Notes: generated by a model from the letters alone, not told the origin. 60,642 nt of DNA from a virus (IMGVR_UViG_3300031673_000043:1-60642); one strand, 5' to 3'. Positions 20,806 to 30,804 are shown, counted from the stretch's first letter. A program made the numbers and translations.

Positions 20806-21852
20806 TCACTCTACCTCCTCGGTGTGTTCCGGGATATAATTCCCACCGATAGAGAAGCCTTTATACTCCCCGTTGCGGAACTTCTCGAGGATCTCATCAC
20901 TGTCAGGCTTCATTGCAATCATCAGCCCTGTCTGCTTCGTCTCCAGCCCAAAGGCCTTTGCAATCTCCACAGTCATAGGCCAAGCGAAGACCACCACACC
21001 CTTCCCTATTGCTTCACCCTTTTCATTTTTCCAGTGCATCTCCCCGGCCTTCCTACTATTTAGCATGAAGTCCGTGGTTGCATCAAGCATTGAGTACTCT
21101 GGAATGTGGTCTCCTTGTTTGTCAAAGTAGGGCTCACCATTCTCACCCTTCGAGATGCTCACTCCCGTATTACAGATTATTGCCCAGCCCAGAACAATCC
21201 CGAGAGTGTCATCAACCTTGAGAACTTCAGCATCATACTCCACTCGATCCGCTGCCTTGAGGAGGTAGAGCTCCTCGAGATCCAGACCTGCAACAGTCCC
21301 AGGATCCGGGAGAGTGTAGCAGGAGACGCTAGAGGATCTTGTCCCTGCAAACTTAACTATTGAGCGAAGTCTCGATCCGCTGCTGTCTACCAGCTCGAGA
21401 TCCTCGAGTGCACACTTCTCCATAGGGAACTCAGAGAGCTCGAGCTGGTCCGGTACCGGTCTTGCATCCTTCGAGAAGAAGGCCAGAGTCCCCTCTTCCA
21501 CAGACAGGCACGAAGAGGGAACCCCAGCCTTGCTGAGAGCGGTCACCACGTCATCACAGCTCTTGTGGATCACACCAGCGAAAATCTCGGGACCGAGTTG
21601 TAGATCTATGACCTCGGGGATCTGCAGGTCTCCCGTGTTCGAGGCCTTGAGAAGACCTTCCTGTCTCAGGATCCTACGTGCCCAGCGGATCCCAGAGAGA
21701 TCTCCTTCTGTCCTGGAGAGGTGATGGTACATCCTCTGCACTTCTCCGAGCGAGAGGGGAGAGTCCTTCTGGACTTCAACCCCTACCTTGCTCCCTGAGT
21801 CCACCAGATCCAGGACATCTTGCGGAGGACGGAAAGTCTTCAACGTGCTCAT
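20806..21852 (-). CDS. Putative prohead protease (XkdF-like)
   Basis: D.QGD.I, GEMH and GEYKGFSIGG motifs. Confidence 0.75.
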   Translation of the reverse strand: MSTLKTFRPPQDVLDLVDSGSKVGVEVQKDSPLSLGEVQRMYHHLSRTEGDLSGIRWARRILRQEGLLKASNTGDLQIPEVIDLQLGPEIFAGVIHKSCDDVVTALSKAGVPSSCLSVEEGTLAFFSKDARPVPDQLELSEFPMEKCALEDLELVDSSGSRLRSIVKFAGTRSSSVSCYTLPDPGTVAGLDLEELYLLKAADRVEYDAEVLKVDDTLGIVLGWAIICNTGVSISKGENGEPYFDKQGDHIPEYSMLDATTDFMLNSRKAGEMHWKNEKGEAIGKGVVVFAWPMTVEIAKAFGLETKQTGLMIAMKPDSDEILEKFRNGEYKGFSIGGNYIPEHTEEVE

Positions 21853-21857
21853 GTCGA

Positions 21858-22454
21858 TCAGGCTCCCTTTGTGATGTCCAGGTAGATCAGACGGACGGTC
21901 CCCACCACAACGATTGTCCCGTTCGCTGAGATGTCAGCGTCAGGAACACCGAAGTTGAGGTAGATCCCCTGTGTTCCTCCGGTTGCATCGATGACCACAG
22001 GAGTCCCGGACGGAGGACCAGGTCCTACAGCAACCCCCTCGCTGTCAACGAGGGGAGCATCGATCTTTCCGATGATGTCAGCAGAGGTCCCATCGATGGT
22101 GGAGTTTGCTGCCTCAGCAGCCGTTCCCACTCCGACATCGACTGCAGCTGTTGCACCGATGTTCACACCGTCCCCGGTGATTGCTATGTCGATGTGAGCT
22201 CCGATGAGCAGGATGTCTGACTCTGCCAGAGTCACAAGAGCGTGTGCTCCATAGCCTCCGTTAGCATCCCCTACATCGGTGATGTCAACAGTGGTGCTGA
22301 TCTCCAACTCTTCGGTGACAAGCAGGGAGCTCAGCTTCGTCTGGGTGACATCGGTCCCCGCTGTTCCGTGTGTCCCCACCGCGAGATCTACGTCTGCCAG
22401 GTTCAACTCCTGGACGTTAGGGAGGTAAACCCTATTCTTGATCTTGTGTGACAT
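21858..22454 (-). CDS. Hypothetical virion protein
   Basis: Start revised to MSHKIKN (ATG 22454, AAGGAG RBS); Gly/Ala/Asp-rich. Confidence 0.6.
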   Translation of the reverse strand: MSHKIKNRVYLPNVQELNLADVDLAVGTHGTAGTDVTQTKLSSLLVTEELEISTTVDITDVGDANGGYGAHALVTLAESDILLIGAHIDIAITGDGVNIGATAAVDVGVGTAAEAANSTIDGTSADIIGKIDAPLVDSEGVAVGPGPPSGTPVVIDATGGTQGIYLNFGVPDADISANGTIVVVGTVRLIYLDITKGA

Positions 22455-22458
22455 GGTA

Positions 22459-23436
22459 CTACTCCTTCTTGATAGTTGTGCTTGTTGCACACCTGCATTG
22501 AATCCGTTCCTTCGCTGGAGCGTTCCGGTCCCCTGGGTACATGATTTTAACCCCTGCTCCTGTTGTGAAGGGTTCACCCACTTTCCGCTCTTGTCCTGAC
22601 ATAGGCCAGTGAGTATCACGTACTCTTGCATCTCTTGCCGGATGCCATTTTCTGATGCACTTCTCTGGGTCCAGCGTGCCGCTGTCGAAGGCTTGCTGGT
22701 ACATCTCCTCCTTTCCTTCGTGCACCGCTGAGAGAGACTCAGTCCGTGCAATGACCTCACTCCTATATTTGACGTATCGTTCTTGATAACGTCCTACCAT
22801 TCTATCAATCTGTTCCGGTGAGAGAGATCTACCGTCCCTGATTGCTGAGATGACAGTCCTGTCGAACCGACCGTCCCGGAGTCTTCTATTAAGTGCTTCA
22901 GCGCTGCCCTCGGTGAGAAGTCTCCGATAGTTTGACACCGCGCTCTGCTGTCTCACAGTCAGTCCTATTGAATCCCTGAAGGCTCTTGCCTGGTCAATCG
23001 GATTAAGCCCTCTCTCGATCCCGTCCATGAGAGCGTACCTGGTTGCCAGTCTCTGTTCTGCCATGAACTCCCTCACGAACTCGAGCTTGTTGAGTCTCAT
23101 GATATTCACTGCTCTGATGTTCGTGATGTCGAAGTCAATCACAGCGAGACTGCCTAGGATCTCTGCAGTACTCTCCCCAGATGCAACAAATACGTTGTTG
23201 ATCTGACCGGCGAACCTATTCACATAGGCCTCTGCAGAGGTGACAGCTTCATTGATCCTGCCGGATATAATCAGCTGCTCGATCTCCTTGAGTACCATCT
23301 CATCCTTGATGCTGTTCACCATCACCAGGAATTGACGGTTCAATCTCACCTCATACTTGTCGATGAGATCAAAGATCCTCTTCGCCGGATCTATGAAGTC
23401 GGCCTTCATAAAATCGTATGCTAACAAACTTAACAC
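22459..23436 (-). CDS. Head morphogenesis protein (Mu gpF/SPP1 gp7-like)
   Basis: IARTES, D.RVR.TH, YPGD and CRC motifs. Confidence 0.88.
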   Translation of the reverse strand: MLSLLAYDFMKADFIDPAKRIFDLIDKYEVRLNRQFLVMVNSIKDEMVLKEIEQLIISGRINEAVTSAEAYVNRFAGQINNVFVASGESTAEILGSLAVIDFDITNIRAVNIMRLNKLEFVREFMAEQRLATRYALMDGIERGLNPIDQARAFRDSIGLTVRQQSAVSNYRRLLTEGSAEALNRRLRDGRFDRTVISAIRDGRSLSPEQIDRMVGRYQERYVKYRSEVIARTESLSAVHEGKEEMYQQAFDSGTLDPEKCIRKWHPARDARVRDTHWPMSGQERKVGEPFTTGAGVKIMYPGDRNAPAKERIQCRCATSTTIKKE

Positions 23437-23931
23437 CTACGCTACTCCATACAATTTCTCAGCATGTTCCCTCGCTGATATAGCCTCTTCCACAGTACTG
23501 TATTGACCAAGCCACACCCTTTTTCGGTTGATAGTAAGTGTACTCTCGTATTTGTTTTTACCTTTGTTAAGAGTAACCCCCCGCTTTCCTGTTTTATTTG
23601 TATTGTAGGGTCCTGCATTTAGCTTATTGTCCGATGGTGTGATTGCTCTAAGGTTCTCTGGCCTATTGTCCTTAGTATTTCTATTGATGTGGTCGAGCAC
23701 TCTATCTTCTGGAATTGATCCCCTATGTACCAGCCTCCATATTATTTGATGTACCAGATAATGTTTTCCCTTAAAGTAAACCCTGAGGTAACCCCTACAA
23801 TTATCATAGCCAACTTTTCCTATAGGAGCCCCGTTCGTTACTTTTATCCTATAAAGTACTCCTGTAGAACTATCTACTTCAAAGTTATCCTTCAAAGTAT
23901 TGATAGGTATCTTGTTAATTGCGTGTTCCAT
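23437..23931 (-). mobile_element. Free-standing HNH-AP2 homing endonuclease
   Basis: DHINRNTKDNRPENLR plus AP2-like LGQYSTVEEAISAR; sharply AT-rich relative to its flanks. Confidence 0.88.
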
Positions 23932-24303
23932 TTACCTCACCTGGCAGATGTACGTGGCACCTGCCGGATCTCTCTTGACTCCGTCTTCTACTATGGTCCT
24001 GGTCTCCCCTTCTGCTGTGATCTTGTCACTGGGTTCTGGGACTGTTCCACTAGGAAGAGATCCACCGAGTATGACAACCTTCCTGTCACCCCGTTTTATC
24101 AGTGTTCCATCTATGTGCTTGTCCTGGTACTCATCAACGAAGCCCTTCACCGTGTGAGTGGTCTCTGCCGGATTAGTACCACCAGTCAGAGATCCTGGAG
24201 TTCTTGTCCCAGGTGCAACCTTCGTCAGGGTGATGTCGAAAACTTTCCCCTTCAGAGCATTGTGGATCTTCCCAGCTATATCTGCACCGAATATGTCAGG
24301 CAC
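23932..24303 (-). CDS. Head closure/joining-like protein
   Basis: IDGTLIKRGDRKV...DPAGATY motif. Confidence 0.65.
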   Translation of the reverse strand: MPDIFGADIAGKIHNALKGKVFDITLTKVAPGTRTPGSLTGGTNPAETTHTVKGFVDEYQDKHIDGTLIKRGDRKVVILGGSLPSGTVPEPSDKITAEGETRTIVEDGVKRDPAGATYICQVR

Positions 24304-24837
24304 TTAGTACCCTCCGCTCAGATCATGATCCGTGAGTCCTGTCTCTGCCTCACTCGCTCCGTAGTAGGGAGACGTGTATGCAGAGGCTCCAGAGAGATAG
24401 TGACCTATCAACTCATGGATGATAGTGGGGAACCTGGGACCGGACTCCCCTCTGAAGTACTGGATCTCAGCACTACCTGCCTTCAGCGCTTTGATGTTCG
24501 TGCTGGTGTCAGAGTTCGTCTGCACCGTGAGATCCTGGATCAGTGCCAGAGCGAGCTCACACGTTGCATCCAGGATAAACTGAGGAACCACATCAGATGC
24601 AACCGCGTTCCCCTCTGGATCTGTGACACCGGTCCGAGGCCAGTCAAGATCCTGAGAGTCAGAAGTCTTCGATCCCATCCACTCCTGCCGGTCCAGCATC
24701 TTCGTTGCAGTTACAAGCGCCTGGTCCTGCACCGTGGTAGTAGCGCTGATGAAGTCAGCACCGTGGATCAGATCCGTGAAGTAGGTGACCGCGTCCGCTC
24801 TCGTGATGTAACAATTCACTCCGACCTCTAGTGCCAT
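24304..24837 (-). CDS. Head-tail adaptor protein
   Basis: N.Y...ADA..YF, Q.L.WPR and VP..I..ATCELAL motifs. Confidence 0.7.
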   Translation of the reverse strand: MALEVGVNCYITRADAVTYFTDLIHGADFISATTTVQDQALVTATKMLDRQEWMGSKTSDSQDLDWPRTGVTDPEGNAVASDVVPQFILDATCELALALIQDLTVQTNSDTSTNIKALKAGSAEIQYFRGESGPRFPTIIHELIGHYLSGASAYTSPYYGASEAETGLTDHDLSGGY

Positions 24838-24839
24838 GT

Positions 24840-26231
24840 CTACTCCTCCTCCTCTTCAGGCATATCTTCCGGGTCAGGTTTCCGATCCTTCGGAGTCACC
24901 ATTGCATCCTCTTCAATAGCTGCAAGGTCTCTCCTGGAAAGTCCCACCATCTCCCTGACCTCATCGATTGCCGGATCATCTGGATCCAGGACAGCACCGG
25001 CCTGAGCGAGATCTCGAAGAGCTCCAGTGACCAGCTCGACATCACTGAACTTTGTAGGTTCAGGAGTGAGAGAGGGTTTCAGCTTCGGATCCAGTCCGTT
25101 GAGTTTCCATATAGGATCAACCAGATCCTGATCGAATGACTCACCGAGCTCCCGGAGAGTAGAGTCCACAATGAGGAAGAAGTTGTTCGTCTTGTCCCGT
25201 GCGAGAGCATAGGATCCCTTGCTGTCACTGCCCAGAAGCAGATGCTCTACTCCGAGCAAGATTGCAATCATCCTGATGCTCCGATCTATTGCCTTGCTCA
25301 GCTCCGGGAGTGAGGAGATGGTTCCCTTGAGGAGCTCCACGTCCCACTGCTTCTCCGAACTGGGTGTTCCCTTCTCATCCTCTGTCCTGTATGGGATCGA
25401 ATCGAGCAGGAGTCCTGACTCCGGTGCTCTGATATGATTATCTATGAAGTCCTTGAGGACCTGGACCATCTCGTTCTTCTTAGCCTCCGAGATCTTATTC
25501 TCATCAACGAGCTTCTGCAAGAGAGCGAGCGGAGCTCTCAGGATAGGGATCCCCCGAAGATCCGTTTCCACTCCATATCCTTCAAGCTGGATATACCGTT
25601 GAAGACGCTCTGCATCAGGAGCAATGTGACGGAAGATCCCGAGACCTTCTGGGCTGTCACTGAGACTGTCATCAACCACATAGACAACCTTGTTCCTGGG
25701 GAGGAATATCTCCTGACCAGTCTGAGGGTTCCTCTGGTAGACACCGATGATCTCCCCGTGTTCGTCTTCCTTCTCCCAGCGCTCAATGGTAGATTGAGGA
25801 CGCGGAGATATATCGAACATACCGATCTTCCCGTCCTCTCTACTTTTCGCTGTCCACTCCTGGATGCTGAACCCGTAGAACTTATACATTGCAGCACGGC
25901 GAACAACCCGAGTCCAGGGACTCTTCATGTCATAGAGAATCCCGTCCATGAACTCCGCTGCCTCCGCTGCTGCCGGAGTCTCATCTGCAGGAGTGACGGT
26001 CCAGCCGGCCTTAGCAATCAGGTTGAGGAAGTATCTGACTCCAGCTCCTACGATTGCAATATTGACCAGGTTCTGAGAGAAGGTGATATACTTCTTGCTC
26101 CCCTGGAGGTCCGCGTTCTTCTCTATGGTCTGAACATAGCCTCCGTAGATTGCAGTACCACCGACACCCACTGTCTGAGTAGGTTTCACCGGTGGTGCTT
26201 TTTTCCTGAACATATTGAGTGGATTATCCAT
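24840..26231 (-). CDS. Portal protein
   Basis: 463 aa directly after TerL; YGFSIQE, SPEGLG and GSYAL motifs (DUF935-like). Confidence 0.85.
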   Translation of the reverse strand: MDNPLNMFRKKAPPVKPTQTVGVGGTAIYGGYVQTIEKNADLQGSKKYITFSQNLVNIAIVGAGVRYFLNLIAKAGWTVTPADETPAAAEAAEFMDGILYDMKSPWTRVVRRAAMYKFYGFSIQEWTAKSREDGKIGMFDISPRPQSTIERWEKEDEHGEIIGVYQRNPQTGQEIFLPRNKVVYVVDDSLSDSPEGLGIFRHIAPDAERLQRYIQLEGYGVETDLRGIPILRAPLALLQKLVDENKISEAKKNEMVQVLKDFIDNHIRAPESGLLLDSIPYRTEDEKGTPSSEKQWDVELLKGTISSLPELSKAIDRSIRMIAILLGVEHLLLGSDSKGSYALARDKTNNFFLIVDSTLRELGESFDQDLVDPIWKLNGLDPKLKPSLTPEPTKFSDVELVTGALRDLAQAGAVLDPDDPAIDEVREMVGLSRRDLAAIEEDAMVTPKDRKPDPEDMPEEEEE

Positions 26232-27729
26232 GAGAAGTCACTACCTCCGGGCTCTGTGGAATTTGTTCGTCACTCTTCTTCGGGATCAGTGCAGAGAACG
26301 CTCTGCTTGAAGCGTCCACTTGATCCTTGAAGTCACTGAAGGGGAACAGACAGAGCTCATCGAGATATTCATCATTCCATAAGCCTCGAACGAGCTTGAC
26401 GTTTCCAGCCTCGGCCTGAGCGCTGTAGGGCTCTGCTCTGGTCTCCTTGCTCCCTGTTTCAGTGGAGCATCTTACATTGTACCCTGCTAACAGTCTAACA
26501 AAATATTTGACCTGAGACTTCCCGGCCTGTCCAGGATCCTGAGGGAGATCTACTCTCACCATGTATCCGTCCTGTGACGTTGTGTTTTTGAGCGCCTGGT
26601 CAACTTTCCCTGGGGACCCTCTGAAGCGTATAACGTCCTCAACGTAGAAGATCCCCTCTGATGTTCTCCTCATCCTCACACCAGAAGTGAAGGCTGCAGA
26701 GATGGTCTCTGATGCAGCTAGATCCCAGCCTCTGACAACAGTCCCGGAGGCAGGAGCAGCATCTACAATCTCGAACCAGTCCCTCTTGAACATACCACCA
26801 CCGCGAGGAGTAGGACGCTGCTGGAACTGAGATGCTACAGCATAGGTTCCCATGTTCTTCTTGTCTCGCTCTACAACCTCCTCGGACATCCGAGCAGGCC
26901 AGAGGAGCTCGTTCTCCTTCTTCCGTGGATCTCTGAAGAAGTAAGTCTTGCACCTGGACTCAGGCTCGAACTCCATAGGGAGACAGAGATGAGTGTATCC
27001 CAGCTCCCTTGATATGATGTCTCCTGATACATCCTTGTCATGGACGCGCTGCATAATTACAACAATAGCGGAGGTCTCTGGATCATTGACTCGAGTAGTG
27101 ACTGACTCGTTGAACCACAGGAGCACTGCTCTTCTTTTCGCGTCACTCTCTCCTTCAATCACATTGTGAGGATCATCAATGATGAACCGATCCCCGCGCT
27201 CACCTGTACCGAGACCACCGACTGAGGTTGCTATCTTGAAACCATAGTGATCGGTGTCATAGCGGACCTTCGCGTTCTGGTCTCCTACAAGTTGAAACCG
27301 ATGTCCCCAGAGTCTCTGATACCAGTCAGACCTGAGGAGGTTCCTGCATCTTCGATTGTCTCTGATAGTGAGTGCTTCAGAGTAGGACGCGCTGACATAA
27401 CGGAGGCCGGGTTGATTGCGAGGTCCCCACTCCCAGGCAGGCCAGAAGACATCTGTGGTCAGAGACTTCATACAACCGGGAGGGATGTTTATGAGAAGAC
27501 GGATGATCTCTCCGTCACTTACTGCTTCGAGGTGTTCACAGATTGCTTCAATGTGCCAGCCGGGGACAAATTTTCTCTTCGGTTCCAGGACGTGCCAGCC
27601 GAGCTTAATGAAACTTAGGAGACTCTCAGCCGAGTCAACACGGTCGAGATCATCGAGGATCCTCTGAGCGTCTCCTGGTTCGAGTTGCTCTATTAAGGAG
27701 CTGTCTGAGATCATTCCTATCCCCTGCAT
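26224..27729 (-). CDS. terL: Terminase large subunit
   Basis: INIPPGCMKS (Walker A), IIDDPH (Walker B), MQRVH, GWDLA and DQVDA nuclease motifs; start may be 27714. Confidence 0.95.
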   Translation of the reverse strand: MQGIGMISDSSLIEQLEPGDAQRILDDLDRVDSAESLLSFIKLGWHVLEPKRKFVPGWHIEAICEHLEAVSDGEIIRLLINIPPGCMKSLTTDVFWPAWEWGPRNQPGLRYVSASYSEALTIRDNRRCRNLLRSDWYQRLWGHRFQLVGDQNAKVRYDTDHYGFKIATSVGGLGTGERGDRFIIDDPHNVIEGESDAKRRAVLLWFNESVTTRVNDPETSAIVVIMQRVHDKDVSGDIISRELGYTHLCLPMEFEPESRCKTYFFRDPRKKENELLWPARMSEEVVERDKKNMGTYAVASQFQQRPTPRGGGMFKRDWFEIVDAAPASGTVVRGWDLAASETISAAFTSGVRMRRTSEGIFYVEDVIRFRGSPGKVDQALKNTTSQDGYMVRVDLPQDPGQAGKSQVKYFVRLLAGYNVRCSTETGSKETRAEPYSAQAEAGNVKLVRGLWNDEYLDELCLFPFSDFKDQVDASSRAFSALIPKKSDEQIPQSPEVVTSHG

Positions 27730-28063
27730 CCAGTTTACTCACATCGATGTCAATAGGACCTCCGTCTTCGCCTGTGAGTTGAGTAGTAGACACATCTCTC
27801 TGTCCCAGTAAGTTCTTCCCGAGGAAGATTGCCATTTGAGCATTGACACCCGCTAGTCTCATCTGTTTCCTTCGGAGACTCAGGAGGCCTAGACTCTTCC
27901 CGCGCTCCCAGGCCTGACGGATCCGCTTGTCCTTCTTGAGTAGAGTATCGAACGTAGTGACACGGATCCCCAGGAACGCTGCAGCTTCCCGTTTAGTGCA
28001 CTGCAACCTCCCCAGCTTCTCGACATCAGCCGTCTTCACTATAGGTCTGTTGCTTTTTGACAT
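27650..28063 (-). CDS. terS: Terminase small subunit
   Basis: N-terminal HTH; MAIFLGKNLLGQRD and LTGEDGGPI; directly upstream of TerL. Confidence 0.8.
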   Translation of the reverse strand: MSKSNRPIVKTADVEKLGRLQCTKREAAAFLGIRVTTFDTLLKKDKRIRQAWERGKSLGLLSLRRKQMRLAGVNAQMAIFLGKNLLGQRDVSTTQLTGEDGGPIDIDVSKLDAGDRNDLRQLLNRATRTRRRSEDPR

Positions 28064-28073
28064 ATCTGATTGC

Positions 28074-28103
28074 AAAATAGACACAGCCCAGGAGATCTGT
28101 CAA
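28074..28103 (-). promoter_or_regulatory. Putative sigma70 promoter for the late operon
   Basis: TTGACA-N18-TATTTT just upstream of terS. Confidence 0.45.
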
Positions 28104-28133
28104 TACTTAATTAATAATAACTCGTTGACTTAT

Positions 28134-28151
28134 TTGATATTATATAATCGA
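28134..28151. promoter_or_regulatory. 18-bp operator-like motif, copy 1
   Basis: TTGATA-TTATAT-AATCGA. Confidence 0.6.
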
Positions 28152-28211
28152 GAGCGGACTGGAACAGATCCTGCAAAGATCCCTGTCGAGATATTCAACA
28201 AGGAGTAGGTC

Positions 28212-28280
28212 ATGATAGCTAGACTACTGAGAGACCTGGTCCATCGGATCCTAGAGGGATCTGGACGTTGCACCTGGTAG
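28212..28280 (+). CDS. Possible 22-aa peptide
   Basis: AGGAG RBS; MIARLLRDLVHRILEGSGRCTW. Confidence 0.3.
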   Translation: MIARLLRDLVHRILEGSGRCTW

Positions 28281-28284
28281 ACAA

Positions 28285-28315
28285 TGCAAAGTGAAGAGAA
28301 AGTCTGCAATATGCA
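28285..28315 (+). promoter_or_regulatory. Enhancer-like UAS of P1
   Basis: TGCA at 28285, 28305 and 28312. Confidence 0.6.
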
Positions 28316-28402
28316 GCACGGGACACCCGGATCTCTTTGGGCTCCCCTCGGACGTAGCAGGTAAGTCATTGCCACACAACACTCTTCCTCCTGGTGTTTT
28401 TC

Positions 28403-28418
28403 TGGCACGGTCCCTGCT
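28403..28418 (+). promoter_or_regulatory. sigma54 promoter P1
   Basis: TGGCACGGTCCCTGCT (GG-N10-GC). Confidence 0.85.
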
Positions 28419-28455
28419 ACGTCCTATAGTTAGAACGCAAACAAGGAGGACCGAG

Positions 28456-28752
28456 ATGACAAAGTGGAACGCGATAGAAGAAGGAACGAAGGCTGAAGTA
28501 GGATCCTACATCTGGCCTGACGGATGGGACGGATACGGATCGAGACTCGGTGACTGTGACTGGTGGGACAAGGCAGACTTCTTCGTCACCGGCAGACACA
28601 ACACCACAGCTGCTGTCAATATTACAGTTACGGGACGGACCTTCCAGAGGCCCTGGGGATTCAACGGTCCGAAGGCCGTCAGAGTGAGGATCGAGTTTGT
28701 CGGTGATGGTGAACCCTCGAGCTTCTCAGGAGCCTGGATGAAGATAGAATAG
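28456..28752 (+). CDS. Hypothetical protein (P1 cassette)
   Basis: Start revised to ATG 28456 after AAGGAGG. Confidence 0.75.
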   Translation: MTKWNAIEEGTKAEVGSYIWPDGWDGYGSRLGDCDWWDKADFFVTGRHNTTAAVNITVTGRTFQRPWGFNGPKAVRVRIEFVGDGEPSSFSGAWMKIE

Positions 28753-28787
28753 ATCCTCGAAGAAGACCTCCTTCACCCTGGGCAGGC

Positions 28788-28819
28788 TGCAGATTGCACC
28801 TGCCCTTCCCATATCTGCA
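28788..28819 (-). promoter_or_regulatory. Enhancer-like UAS of P2 (inverted)
   Basis: TGCA at 28788, 28795 and 28816. Confidence 0.6.
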
Positions 28820-28896
28820 CTACTCGAGGATCTGAAGGAGGGAACAACGAGGAACCACAGGGAACGCTCTGGAGCCCTGGGATCCTCGGGGACATT

Positions 28897-28912
28897 TGGC
28901 ACGGTGCTTGCT
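28897..28912 (+). promoter_or_regulatory. sigma54 promoter P2
   Basis: TGGCACGGTGCTTGCT, consensus match. Confidence 0.9.
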
Positions 28913-28963
28913 GATGTATATAGGTAGAACGCAACAAGAAGGCACCGAACAGGAGGAAAAGAG

Positions 28964-29131
28964 ATGTTCACAATAACGAAAAAAGAAAAAAAGGAAGAGA
29001 CGAAGAAGATGACTTACTGCACGGACTGCAGCTCGATCATCGAAGTGGACGCGGAGATGGGTGACTGGGTGAAGTGCCCTCACTGTGGTCTTCAGTTCAG
29101 GTTCACAAAGAGAGTCATCAGGAAGCGCTAG
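28964..29131 (+). CDS. 55-aa zinc-ribbon protein (absent from the ORF track)
   Basis: AGGAGG RBS; CTDC...CPHCG. Confidence 0.75.
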   Translation: MFTITKKEKKEETKKMTYCTDCSSIIEVDAEMGDWVKCPHCGLQFRFTKRVIRKR

Positions 29132-29170
29132 TCACAGGAAACAGAGAGAACATCAGCAGGAGGAGAAGAG

Positions 29171-29395
29171 ATGAAGAAGGAACAGTTGAAGGTTGAGATC
29201 TGGATCGGAGAAGGCACTCACACAATCGAGATCTACACGGACATCGAGATCTCGGAGATGCCGGTCCACCAGGAAGAGGTCACCGGGACTGTCAAGGGAG
29301 CGGTTGCGAGAGCGAAGTTCCTTGTCAGAGTGTACGGAGCCTCCGGTCTCGAGATCCATCACCCTGACGGTCAGAACACCGTTGTAGTGATGTAG
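29171..29395 (+). CDS. Hypothetical protein
   Basis: AGGAGGAG RBS. Confidence 0.7.
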   Translation: MKKEQLKVEIWIGEGTHTIEIYTDIEISEMPVHQEEVTGTVKGAVARAKFLVRVYGASGLEIHHPDGQNTVVVM

Positions 29396-29403
29396 GAGAT
29401 CAC

Positions 29404-29646
29404 ATGAGAGACAAGAAGCAGAGGATCAAGAAGGCAAGAGCGAACGGAGATGTCAGGAAGTTCGTGACAGCGCTCCGGCGCTCGAGAGGGAAGGGACTCG
29501 TTCTGAGACAGCTCAGGAACAGAGGGATCAAGGACAGCCCTGCTGCATACTATGGAGCACTCGAGGACGGGTTCCCAGTATACACCGAGAACGACAGGGA
29601 CCTGAATGGGAAGGCAGTCATCAGGTTCCTGATCGGAGCTGAATGA
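29404..29646 (+). CDS. Basic hypothetical protein
   Basis: AGGAG RBS; coupled to the next gene. Confidence 0.7.
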   Translation: MRDKKQRIKKARANGDVRKFVTALRRSRGKGLVLRQLRNRGIKDSPAAYYGALEDGFPVYTENDRDLNGKAVIRFLIGAE

Positions 29647-30101
29647 GGAAGGGGAAGATCATGAACGTCAAGAGACCACGGATCCAGCGGACCATGCAGA
29701 TCGGAGGGGAGAAGGTGAAGTTCATAGTCACCGCTCGCTCCTGGTACGGCAACCCGGCAGGATTCAAAGTGCAATGCTTCCGTGCACACCGAGAGCCTGT
29801 GGACTGGTTTTTCAACTGTCTGCAGAACACTGAAGCAGTGATGCTCGGGAAGAAGAAGCTCGAGGAGATCCAGAAGGAAGAGCTCGAGGAGAAGCAGCCC
29901 TCCAGGATGTTTCAAATCATGGGACGCTCCGGGATGACGCTGGGCACGGAGAGCGCTCGGACAGCCCAGGGAGCGCTCGACCTGTTCGCTCAGAAGAGAC
30001 ACTATGAGTCCTGGGAGGACATGAACAGGCAACTCGGGATGATCTCGAAGTACACCGTGCAGGACGGGTTCAGGATCATGCTCGATCAGAGCAGAGCCTG
30101 A
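29643..30101 (+). CDS. Hypothetical protein
   Basis: ATGA overlap with the previous gene. Confidence 0.65.
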   Translation: MRKGKIMNVKRPRIQRTMQIGGEKVKFIVTARSWYGNPAGFKVQCFRAHREPVDWFFNCLQNTEAVMLGKKKLEEIQKEELEEKQPSRMFQIMGRSGMTLGTESARTAQGALDLFAQKRHYESWEDMNRQLGMISKYTVQDGFRIMLDQSRA

Positions 30102-30103
30102 CC

Positions 30104-30119
30104 TGGCACGCGCCTTGCA
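30104..30119 (+). promoter_or_regulatory. sigma54 promoter P3 (no adjacent UAS seen)
   Basis: TGGCACGCGCCTTGCA, intergenic. Confidence 0.8.
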
Positions 30120-30155
30120 GGTCCTCGAGAGTGGACTTGAAAAAAGGAGAGACCG

Positions 30156-30386
30156 ATGAACAGACACTACGTTCTATATGACGAAGACATCCAGGCAGGC
30201 TGCAACGTGGACTACATGTCCGAAGAGTGTGCAGCTGCTGAGAACGAGAGACTCGAGCAGGAAGGAGCGTCAGTGAGATGGATTCTCTACGAGGATTATA
30301 TCAAGAGAGCAGAGCAGAGGAGCAGGTCACTCCGAGAGTTGCACTCCTCTGTAATCAAGAGACTCACTTCACAGTTCTCGAAGTGA
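30156..30386 (+). CDS. Hypothetical protein
   Basis: AAGGAG RBS. Confidence 0.7.
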   Translation: MNRHYVLYDEDIQAGCNVDYMSEECAAAENERLEQEGASVRWILYEDYIKRAEQRSRSLRELHSSVIKRLTSQFSK

Positions 30387-30532
30387 GGAGACCCTCCTGG
30401 GTTGTTGAAGTAGATCTCCCTGGTGGGCGGACTGGTCTAGGACCACTCATCTACACGAAGAAGAAGGAAGCAACAGAGGACGCGGATCTGATCGGAGGGA
30501 CCGTTGTCCCAGTCGAAGGAGTAGAGATATGA
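30383..30532 (+). CDS. Small hypothetical protein
   Basis: GTGA and ATGA overlaps on both sides. Confidence 0.5.
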   Translation: MRRPSWVVEVDLPGGRTGLGPLIYTKKKEATEDADLIGGTVVPVEGVEI

Positions 30533-30789
30533 GTAGAAGACAGGAACTGATTGAGAGCACGCTCGAGGACATCAGGATCCAGCACCGGAACCTGGACCAC
30601 AGATCAAAGGTCATCGGACGGCAGATCAAGAACAAGGTCATGATGGAAGGCAAAGCTCTTGCAGCTCTAGCGCTCCAGGGATCGATCAACCAGCTCAACA
30701 CCTGCAGCCCTGAGCAGTTCACTGACAAGGCTGCTCTCGCTATTGCAACCGGGATCCTCGAAGAGATGCAGGAGCAGATTGCACTCTAG
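30529..30789 (+). CDS. Hypothetical protein
   Basis: AAGGAG RBS. Confidence 0.7.
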   Translation: MSRRQELIESTLEDIRIQHRNLDHRSKVIGRQIKNKVMMEGKALAALALQGSINQLNTCSPEQFTDKAALAIATGILEEMQEQIAL

Positions 30790-30804
30790 TTCTCGGACTT
30801 TGCA
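30773..30804 (-). promoter_or_regulatory. Enhancer-like UAS of P4 (inverted)
   Basis: AGCA 30773, TGCA 30780, TGCA 30801; shares GCAGATTGCAC with P2. Confidence 0.6.

Noticed and set aside
28268-28290. Canonical NtrC binding site
   Set aside because: TGCA boxes are present, but spacing and flanks do not match the NtrC TGCACC...GGTGCA palindrome; activator left unassigned
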